A stretch of 64,000 bases of DNA. Source: Ignavibacteriales bacterium (GTDB lineage Bacteria; Bacteroidota; Ignavibacteria; Ignavibacteriales; Melioribacteraceae). A program made the position numbers and the translations under genes. The DNA lies in contig JACKAA010000004.1 in NCBI GenBank assembly GCA_020635275.1, forward strand, positions 4,411-68,410, in the 5' to 3' direction. Under the pieces are notes generated by a model. The model saw only the letters and a list, made by a program, of their open reading frames with translations, did not search any database and was not told the DNA's origin. Shown here piece after piece: positions 57,395 through 64,000 of the stretch (the first letter of the stretch is position 1; each line of letters begins with the position of its first letter).

Positions 57395-58390
57395 TTGATT
57401 ATTGAATCTAGAGCTTATGCAAGAGCTGGTCTCCTAGGAAATCCATCGGATGGTTATTTTGGAAAGACCATCTCAATAATTGTTAAGAATTTTGGTGCTC
57501 ATATTTCATTATATGAGTCGCCTGAATTAATAATTGAAGTTTTAGAACAAGATAAAAATGTTTATAAGAATATTTATGATCTTGTCGATAGAATAAAACT
57601 TCACGGGTATTATGGTGGTGATCGACTTATAAAAGCTGGTATTAAAGCTTTCTATGATTATTGCAGTAAAAATAATATTAAACTGAAGAATAAAAATTTT
57701 TCTGTACGTTATAATTCTTCTATCCCCAGACAAGTAGGGATGGCTGGCTCAAGTGCAATTCTTACTGCAACAATGAATGCATTATTTAAGTTTTTTGATG
57801 TAAAAATTAAAAAAGAGTTATTGCCAACATTAATCTTATCAGCAGAAAAAGAAGAGTTAAGTATCAATGCCGGTTTACAGGATCGCGTAGTTCAAGTTTA
57901 TGAAGGTGTTGTTTACATGGATTTTAATAAAGATTTTATGATGGAGAATAATCATGGAAAATATGAATATTTGCCAATAGAAAATTTACCCAAGTTATAT
58001 TTGGCTTATAAAGATACTCTTGGAAAAATTTCCGGTGTAGTACTAAATGATATAGCCAGCAGATTTAAAAGAGGTGAAAAATTAGTTATTGATACTTTAA
58101 ATGAAATTGCTGAATTAGCTGAAGAAGGTAAAAAAGCAATATTAAATAAAGATCATGATTTACTTTACGAATTGATGAACATGAATTTTGATCTAAGACG
58201 AAAAATTATGAATATAAGTGATGAAAATTTAGAAATGGTTGAAATTGCAAGAAAATGCGGTGCTTCTGCAAGGTTTGCAGGATCTGGCGGTTCAATAATT
58301 GGGATTTATAAAAATGATGAAATGCTTACAAAATTAATAATGGAATTAAAGAAAATAAATGTCAGGGTTCTCAAACCCTTTATTTCTTAG
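57395..58390 (+). CDS. GHMP-family sugar-1-kinase resembling plant glucuronokinase
   Basis: It has a TTG start. Motifs that match my recollection of Arabidopsis GlcAK are GLLGNPSDGYFGKTIS, HGYYGGDRL, SIPRQVGMAGSSAI, LSAEKEELSINAGLQDRVVQVYEGVVYMDF, EEGKKAILNKDH, MNFDLRRK and AGSGGS. Confidence 0.65.
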   Translation: MIIESRAYARAGLLGNPSDGYFGKTISIIVKNFGAHISLYESPELIIEVLEQDKNVYKNIYDLVDRIKLHGYYGGDRLIKAGIKAFYDYCSKNNIKLKNKNFSVRYNSSIPRQVGMAGSSAILTATMNALFKFFDVKIKKELLPTLILSAEKEELSINAGLQDRVVQVYEGVVYMDFNKDFMMENNHGKYEYLPIENLPKLYLAYKDTLGKISGVVLNDIASRFKRGEKLVIDTLNEIAELAEEGKKAILNKDHDLLYELMNMNFDLRRKIMNISDENLEMVEIARKCGASARFAGSGGSIIGIYKNDEMLTKLIMELKKINVRVLKPFIS

Positions 58391-58399
58391 GAGAATTTT

Positions 58400-59272
58400 A
58401 TGATTAAAAAAGCTGTAATTCCCGCTGCAGGATTAGGTACACGATTCCTTCCAGCGACAAAAGCACAGCCTAAAGAAATGCTGCCAATTATTGATACACC
58501 CACTATTCAGTATGTAGTTCAAGAAGCTGTAGATTCTGGAATTGATGATATTTTGATTATTTCTGGAAAAGGGAAGAGAGCTATTGAAGATCATTTTGAT
58601 AGAAATTATGAACTTGAAGCAGCCCTTGAAAAAAAGAATGAGCAAGCATTAAACGAAATAAAAAATATTTCTGATCTTGCTAAAATTCATTATATCCGTC
58701 AAAAAGAATTGAATGGTTTAGGTGATGCAATTTACCATGCAAAACATCATGTTGGTAATGAACCCTTTGCAGTTTTATTAGGTGATACAGTTGTTCGATC
58801 AGTAATTCCCGCGACACAACAACTTATTGATATTTACGAACAGTACAAACAAATTGTGATTGGTGTTGAAGAAGTTCCAAAAGAAAAAGTGCATCGTTAT
58901 GGAATTGTTGGTGGAGAAAAAATTAATGATTCTCTTTACCAGCTTAATGAAATGATTGAGAAACCAAGTATTGATGAAGCTCCATCAAATTTAGCTGTTG
59001 CCAGTAGGTATATTTTAACTCCAGATATTTTTAAAGCTTTGGAAGAAACTAAGGTCGGTAAAAATGATGAAATTCAATTGACTGATGCTCTTAAAATTTT
59101 TCTTTCACGTGGAAGTGTTTATTCATATACTTTTGAAGGAAAACGTTATGATATTGGAGATAAGTTAGATTACTTAAAAACTACTGTAGAGTTTGGATTG
59201 AAAAGAAAAGAGTTTAAAAAAGACTTTTTAGAATTTTTAAAAGAAATTATTAAAGAAAGTGAGGAAAGATAA
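58400..59272 (+). CDS. galU: UTP--glucose-1-phosphate uridylyltransferase-type nucleotidyltransferase
   Basis: It is colinear with E. coli GalU: KAVIPAAGLGTRFLPATKAQPKEMLPI, PTIQYVV, GLGDAI, VEKPS, APSNLAVASRYIL, EIQLTDA. Confidence 0.85.
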   Translation: MIKKAVIPAAGLGTRFLPATKAQPKEMLPIIDTPTIQYVVQEAVDSGIDDILIISGKGKRAIEDHFDRNYELEAALEKKNEQALNEIKNISDLAKIHYIRQKELNGLGDAIYHAKHHVGNEPFAVLLGDTVVRSVIPATQQLIDIYEQYKQIVIGVEEVPKEKVHRYGIVGGEKINDSLYQLNEMIEKPSIDEAPSNLAVASRYILTPDIFKALEETKVGKNDEIQLTDALKIFLSRGSVYSYTFEGKRYDIGDKLDYLKTTVEFGLKRKEFKKDFLEFLKEIIKESEER

Positions 59273-60033
59273 TGGTTTTAGACAAATTCAAATTAGATGG
59301 TAAAACTGCGCTTGTTACTGGTTGCAATCAGGGTATTGGACAAATGTATGCAAAAGCATTAGCTGAAGCTGGAGCTGATATTATTGGTGTTTCTTATACT
59401 GATGACTTTGTGGAAACAGAAGAAATAATAAAAACTACTGGACGAAAATTTAAATATTATGTAAGTGATTTTTCTGATCGAGAATCAATGTACAAATTTG
59501 TAAGTGATGTTAAATCAGATTTTGAAAAAGTTGATATTTTAATTAACAATGCCGGAACAATTTTACGTAAACCAATAGCTGAGCATCCTGATGAATATTG
59601 GGATAAAGTTATTGAGATTAATCTATCAGCTCAGTTTATTCTTACCAGAGAGTTTGGAAAAGAAATGGTAAAAAATGGATACGGGAAAGTAGTTTTCATT
59701 GCTTCTCTGCTTTCATTCCAAGGCGGGATTACAGTTCCTGGTTATGCTGCTTCAAAAGGTGGTGTTAAACAATTAACAATGGCATTTGCCAATGAGTGGG
59801 CATCAAAAGGTGTAACTGTTAATGCTATTGCCCCTGGTTATATTGCTACTGCTAATACCAAAGCTTTAAGAGAAGATGAAGTTCGCAACAAAGCAATATT
59901 GGATAGAATCCCTCAAGGAAGGTGGGGAACTCCAGAAGATTTAATGGGGACAGTTGTTTTCTTAAGTTCAGATGCATCTAGCTATCTTAACGGGAGTGTT
60001 GTAACAGTTGATGGCGGATGGATGGGAAGATAA
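59272..60033 (+). CDS. kduD: 2-dehydro-3-deoxy-D-gluconate 5-dehydrogenase
   Basis: It is colinear with E. coli KduD: GKTALVTGCNQGIG, DILINNAG, IASLLSFQGGI.VPGYAASKGG, NAIAPGYIAT, DRIPQGRWG, VDGGWMGR. Its start overlaps the galU stop (TAATG). Confidence 0.85.
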   Translation: MVLDKFKLDGKTALVTGCNQGIGQMYAKALAEAGADIIGVSYTDDFVETEEIIKTTGRKFKYYVSDFSDRESMYKFVSDVKSDFEKVDILINNAGTILRKPIAEHPDEYWDKVIEINLSAQFILTREFGKEMVKNGYGKVVFIASLLSFQGGITVPGYAASKGGVKQLTMAFANEWASKGVTVNAIAPGYIATANTKALREDEVRNKAILDRIPQGRWGTPEDLMGTVVFLSSDASSYLNGSVVTVDGGWMGR

Positions 60034-60039
60034 TTCCAT

Positions 60040-61029
60040 ATGGAAAAGTCATTTAAATTTGTTATTTATGGCAGCGGAAATATTGCTAACACGTATGTTT
60101 CCGCTGTAAATAAAATCGATAATGCCGAAGTAATTGGTGTTATTTCAAGAAATCAAAAATCACCTTCCAAATATCCTGAATTAAATTCTTATAAAAGTAT
60201 TACGGAAATTTCTGAATCATTTGATGCTGTAATTATTTGCACGCCTAATTATTATCATCATGATAATGCAATTGAAGCTGCAAATTTAGGTAAACATGTT
60301 TTATGTGAAAAACCAATTGATATTCAAATTCATTCAATTACTGAAATGATTGAAATCTGTAAACAAAACAAAGTTAAGTTAGGTGTTTCATATCAAAGGA
60401 GATTTAGTTCTGATAATCCAATAGTGAAAAGATTGATTAGTGAAAATAAATTAGGGAAAATATTTTCAGTTGATCTCTGTATTAAAAATTATCGCGATGA
60501 TGCATATTATAATTCTGGAGCTTATCGGGGAACATATGAGATTGATGGCGGAGGTCCGTTTATTCAGCAAGCATCTCATTATATTGATTTGTATTACTGG
60601 TTTTTTGGTAAACCTAAAAAAATTGTAAGTGCGCTGGATACATTTGTTCATGACATTGAAGTTGAAGATCATGGAGCGGCAGTTTGTGTGCATGAAAATA
60701 GATTGATTTCAACGATAACAGCTTCAACTGCAACTAAACCTGGTTTCCCCGCAAAATTAGAGATTTATACTGATAAAGGATTTTTAATTATGGAAAATGA
60801 TGGAATAACACATTGGGAAATTGATGGAATTAAAAATCCTTCACAACAGAAAAATGAAAATTCTCATACTGGATCAGCCTCAGCTTCTGTTGAAGATACT
60901 ACAAATCATGAATATGTTATTAAAGATTTTATTAGTGCGGTAAAAGAAAATAGAGAACCATTAATAAATGGTGAAGAAGCCAAAATTGCGACTGAAATTA
61001 TTTTAGAAATTTATAAAAACAAAATTTAA
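60040..61029 (+). CDS. Gfo/Idh/MocA-family NAD(P)-dependent oxidoreductase
   Basis: The N-terminal Rossmann motif is FVIYGSGNIANTY. The EKP motif (HVLCEKPI) is followed by a C-terminal alpha/beta domain. Confidence 0.8.
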   Translation: MEKSFKFVIYGSGNIANTYVSAVNKIDNAEVIGVISRNQKSPSKYPELNSYKSITEISESFDAVIICTPNYYHHDNAIEAANLGKHVLCEKPIDIQIHSITEMIEICKQNKVKLGVSYQRRFSSDNPIVKRLISENKLGKIFSVDLCIKNYRDDAYYNSGAYRGTYEIDGGGPFIQQASHYIDLYYWFFGKPKKIVSALDTFVHDIEVEDHGAAVCVHENRLISTITASTATKPGFPAKLEIYTDKGFLIMENDGITHWEIDGIKNPSQQKNENSHTGSASASVEDTTNHEYVIKDFISAVKENREPLINGEEAKIATEIILEIYKNKI

Positions 61030-61032
61030 TTT

Positions 61033-62040
61033 ATGCCATCTTTAACTCAAAAAGAATTATCAGCAAAATTTATTGAAAAACTCCTTATGTTTAATTTTTC
61101 AGAAGAAGATTCTGAAACTCTATCAAGTATCTTTACAGAAAATACATTGGTCGGAGTTTCATCTCATGGAGTTAATAGATTTGCTGCTTTTATTGAACTA
61201 GTTAAATCTTCGCATATTAACCCCAAAGCGATTCCAATTAAAACAAATGCTTTTAATGCACTAGAGCAATGGGATGCTCAGCAAGGAGCAGGACCATTAA
61301 ACGCAATAAAAATGACTTCACGAGCAATAGAACTCGCTGATGAATTTGGGATCGGATGTGTCGCTCTCAAAAATTCTAATCATTGGATGCGACCCGGTTA
61401 TTATGCTTGGGAAGCAGCAAATAAAGGTTACGTTTTTATTTGTTGGACAAACACTATCCCAATTATGCCTCCATGGGGTGCAAAGCAACCAAGAACCGGT
61501 AATAATCCTATTGTTTTCGGAGTTCCTAGAGATAAAGGAAATATAGTTCTTGACATTGCACTTTCTCAATTTTCTTATGGTAAGTTAGCAAATTATAGAA
61601 GAGAAGGGAAAGAGCTTCCATATTTTGGCGGTTATGATGAAGAAGGAAATTTATCAAAAGATGCAGCTCAGATTTACAAAACCATGAGACCTTTACCAAT
61701 TGGCTATTGGAAAGGTGCCGGATTATCTTTGCTGTTAGATTTAATTGCAACAATTCTCTCCGGCGGAAATTCAACAAAAGATTTAAGTAAGACCAACATT
61801 GATTCTGCTATGTCTCAAGTATATATAGCAATTGATCCTAATAAATTTTCATCAAAAGAAATTTTAGAAAATTCTGTAAATGAAATTCTTAGTTATTATC
61901 TAAGTGCTAAAAATATGCAAGATGAAGTAGTCTCGTATCCTGGTGAACGAATTATAAAATCACGAGAATATAATCTTAAAAATGGAATTCAAGTTGATGA
62001 AATAATTTGGAAACGAATTTTGGAGTTGAAAGTATCATGA
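61033..62040 (+). CDS. Ldh2-family dehydrogenase, YiaK/DlgD-like (3-dehydro-L-gulonate 2-dehydrogenase family)
   Basis: It is strongly colinear with E. coli YiaK as recalled: SHGVNRF, EQWDAQQG, AIELADEFGIGCVALKNSNHWMR, ICWTNTIPIMPPWGAKQPRTGNNP, FSYGKL, GGYDEEGNLSKD, PIGYWKGAGLS..LDLIAT.LSGG. Confidence 0.8.
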   Translation: MPSLTQKELSAKFIEKLLMFNFSEEDSETLSSIFTENTLVGVSSHGVNRFAAFIELVKSSHINPKAIPIKTNAFNALEQWDAQQGAGPLNAIKMTSRAIELADEFGIGCVALKNSNHWMRPGYYAWEAANKGYVFICWTNTIPIMPPWGAKQPRTGNNPIVFGVPRDKGNIVLDIALSQFSYGKLANYRREGKELPYFGGYDEEGNLSKDAAQIYKTMRPLPIGYWKGAGLSLLLDLIATILSGGNSTKDLSKTNIDSAMSQVYIAIDPNKFSSKEILENSVNEILSYYLSAKNMQDEVVSYPGERIIKSREYNLKNGIQVDEIIWKRILELKVS

Positions 62041-63011
62041 AAAAAGTTAGATGGGGAATAATTGGTGTTGGTGATGTTACTGAAGTTAAAAGCGGACCAG
62101 CTTTCAACAAAGTTGAAAACTCAGAAGTCACAATGGTGATGAGAAGAAATCTTGAAAAAGTAAAAGATTATGCTGAACGTCATTCAATTACAAATTACAC
62201 AAATAACGCAGATGATATTTTTAACAATTCGGAAATAGATGCTGTTTACATTGCAACTCCGCCTTCTTCTCATGCAGAATATTCCATCAAAGCTGCAAAT
62301 GCAAAAAAACATGTTTATGTTGAAAAGCCCATGGCTACAACATATGCTGAATGTTTGCAAATGATTGAAGCAGCTGAAAAGAATAATGTAAAATTATTTG
62401 TTGCATATTATAGAAGAGAATTAGATTATTTCAAAAAAATAAAAAGTTTAATTGATGAAAAAACTATTGGAGAAATTAAATTAGTAAATACACAATTATT
62501 ATTGCCACCTAATGAAACTGATTATGATAAAAATAGTTTGAGCTGGCGAGTTAAAAAGGAAATTGCCGGCGGCGGATATTTTTATGATTTAGCATCTCAT
62601 CAATTTGATTTTTTTGATTATTTATTTGGACCCATAAAATCAGCACAAGGAATTTCTACAAATCAGCTAAATTTTTATGATGTTGAAGATATTGTGTCAG
62701 CCTCATTTTTATTTGAAGCAAATATAATTGGTAGCGGAACATGGTGTTTTACAATGCCAAATAATGAAAGAATTGATCGAACAGAAATAATTGGTTCTGA
62801 GGGCAAAATTGTTTTTTCATTTTTTAGTCAAAATCCAATTGAGTTGCATAAAAATGGGAAAGTAGAAAAATTCGAAATTGGTTATCCTCAACATGTCCAG
62901 CAAAATTTAATTGATTCGATAGTAAAAGAAATTTTGGGTAATGGCAAATGTGTAAGTACAGGAATTTCCGGATCTAGAACAAATAAAATTCTTGAAGAAA
63001 TATTGACTTAA
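62037..63011 (+). CDS. Gfo/Idh/MocA-family NAD(P)-dependent oxidoreductase
   Basis: The start was moved to the ATG at 62037, which overlaps the upstream stop (ATGA). VRWGIIGVGDV is the Rossmann motif and HVYVEKPM the EKP motif. Confidence 0.8.
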   Translation: MKKVRWGIIGVGDVTEVKSGPAFNKVENSEVTMVMRRNLEKVKDYAERHSITNYTNNADDIFNNSEIDAVYIATPPSSHAEYSIKAANAKKHVYVEKPMATTYAECLQMIEAAEKNNVKLFVAYYRRELDYFKKIKSLIDEKTIGEIKLVNTQLLLPPNETDYDKNSLSWRVKKEIAGGGYFYDLASHQFDFFDYLFGPIKSAQGISTNQLNFYDVEDIVSASFLFEANIIGSGTWCFTMPNNERIDRTEIIGSEGKIVFSFFSQNPIELHKNGKVEKFEIGYPQHVQQNLIDSIVKEILGNGKCVSTGISGSRTNKILEEILT

Positions 63012-63210
63012 CATTATATTAAACAATAACTTATAGCTAATTCAAATCATAAAAATGCAATTGTTAGAATCCATTCTTTATTTTTTATTAAACCATAAAT
63101 AAGTTTTAAAATAATATCCACTTCATTTTATGTATTTCATTTTAGGAATTTTTTTATTTATTTGCTTTGTAATTCCTCAGAAAATTTATTGACCCAATAG
63201 AATAATTAAA

Positions 63211-63230
63211 ATTGTGATTGTAATCACAAT
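63211..63230. promoter_or_regulatory. Crp/Fnr-type palindromic operator candidate (ATTGTGATTGTAATCACAAT)
   Basis: There is a perfect TGTGA-N6-TCACA (63213-63228) with 9-bp perfect arms, ATTGTGATT/AATCACAAT. It lies ~60 nt upstream of the ATG at 63289. Confidence 0.5.
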
Positions 63231-63288
63231 ATTGTTAAATCAGATACAATATCATTAGTATAGAATAATAAATACTTAATATTAATTG

Positions 63289-64000
63289 ATGATTTCCAAA
63301 AAAATTAAATATATTCTTTTCATTTTTGCTTTTGTACTTTCTTTAAAAGCTCAAGTAAATGTGTCTTTGCCCGATACCTTATTGATAAATGAAAAAAGTA
63401 TTTCAATACCTATTGAAGTTTCAAATCTGACAGGTTATGGAATTAGATCTTATAGATTTAGACTAAAATATGATGATAATGTTCTAAAATTTAAATCTGT
63501 TAGTGACAACAAAACTCTTTCAGATAGAAGGTCTTGGGATGTTGATTATTACTTTGATGATGAAGAGTTAGTTATAAGAGCCGATGGATATTTTAGTTTA
63601 TCTGGGAGTGGAACATTATTATATATTAAGTTTGATATCATTAAAGAAAATGCATCAACGGATCTTACTTTTAACTCCTTTATTTTTAACTATGGTTATC
63701 CTCCAGTCAATCTTAAAAATGGAAGTTTTAGCAATATTAGCGAAGTTTTAATTTATTTTAAAAAATCTGGTAATGGTGATGGGAAAATATCCATTGATGG
63801 TGTAATATATAATTTACCTTTTGAAAAAAAATTATTTAGTGGTAAAACTTATACATTAAAGTCACTGCCTGAAAACTCAAGTATTTTTAATTTTTGGGAA
63901 GGAATATTTCAATCAGTTCAATCTCAAACTGAATTTACTGTTACAAATTCTGCTGAAATTATTTTAGTATTCACGCTTAAAACTTTTGCCGTGTCAGCTC
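63289..64000 (+). CDS. Secreted protein with an N-terminal cohesin-like domain, 3'-truncated by the window edge
   Basis: This ORF is absent from the supplied track because it has no stop before the window end; I translated it by eye: MISKKIKYILFIFAFVLSLKAQVNVSLPDTLLINEKSISIPIEVSNLTGYGIRSYRFRLKYDDNVLKF... The signal peptide ends in KAQ. The pattern I.IPI.V....GI.S..F.L.YD...L resembles cohesin type domains. Confidence 0.5.
   Translation, partial: MISKKIKYILFIFAFVLSLKAQVNVSLPDTLLINEKSISIPIEVSNLTGYGIRSYRFRLKYDDNVLKFKSVSDNKTLSDRRSWDVDYYFDDEELVIRADGYFSLSGSGTLLYIKFDIIKENASTDLTFNSFIFNYGYPPVNLKNGSFSNISEVLIYFKKSGNGDGKISIDGVIYNLPFEKKLFSGKTYTLKSLPENSSIFNFWEGIFQSVQSQTEFTVTNSAEIILVFTLKTFAVSA

Noticed and set aside
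53746-62040. Interpreting the TRAP transporter plus the YiaK-like dehydrogenase as an E. coli-type yiaK-S (2,3-diketo-L-gulonate/ascorbate-related) operon.
   Set aside because: The kinase, decarboxylase and epimerase genes of that pathway (lyxK, sgbH, sgbU, sgbE) are absent. The intervening genes are kduI and kduD, so a uronate or keto-deoxyuronate context is more parsimonious.
1-64000. A search for defence systems, CRISPR arrays, prophage or transposon genes, toxin-antitoxin pairs, tRNA/rRNA genes and riboswitches.
   Set aside because: - Every large ORF has a plausible carbohydrate-metabolism, transport or regulatory assignment.
- No direct-repeat/spacer arrays, integrase, transposase or nuclease/ATPase defence signatures were seen.
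- The long intergenic regions are AT-rich, without the GC-rich conserved helices expected for tRNAs or common riboswitches.
- This is a by-eye assessment only.

Overview
This AT-rich window (roughly one-third GC by eye) is almost entirely coding, with about 50 genes. I saw no rRNA, tRNA, CRISPR array, transposase or integrase.

**Lineage (inference only).** Signal peptides typically end in ..AQ. At least three proteins carry C-terminal NYPNPFNP-type T9SS sorting domains. The TonB-dependent receptor has no SusD partner. Together these suggest an Ignavibacteria-like member of the FCB group.

**Function.** The window is one large acidic-polysaccharide utilisation island in four parts.
- **1-9.7 kb:** the pectin front end, with a PL1 pectate lyase, a CE8 pectinesterase, a CE12-like acetylesterase, and a TonB-dependent receptor paired with a T9SS beta-helix protein.
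- **9.7-19.3 kb:** a PL10-like lyase plus an unusual set of exported (Tat, Sec or lipoprotein) sugar-acid and redox enzymes.
- **19.4-36.2 kb:** two divergent operons.
  - One carries a ~1285-aa LamG protein, a heparinase II/III-like lyase and a type-B carboxylesterase.
  - The other carries a PL9-like lyase, an esterase, a sulfatase, an alginate-lyase-fold protein and a GH88-GH2 fusion.
  - The target looks like a sulfated or esterified uronan rather than plain pectin.
- **36.5-63 kb:** a LacI regulator, GH28, GH105 and a complete cytoplasmic hexuronate pathway.
  - The pathway uses the epimerase route UxaC-UxaE-UxuB-UxuA-KdgK-Eda, plus KduI/KduD and a TRAP transporter.
  - Non-canonical genes interrupt it: a LarA-like racemase/epimerase, a second PfkB kinase, a PdxB-like dehydrogenase, Gnd, a plant-type glucuronokinase homolog followed by GalU, and a YiaK-like dehydrogenase flanked by two Gfo/Idh/MocA enzymes.

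**Non-coding highlights.**
- A conserved 32-nt box of 12-bp-phased AGT(T/A)A repeats lies upstream of three operons.
- Two related GTCATT...hairpin repeats sit at operon boundaries.
- There is one clean bidirectional terminator.
- There is one perfect TGTGA-N6-TCACA site.

**Limits.** All functional calls rest on motif recognition from memory and on gene context. No database search was possible.
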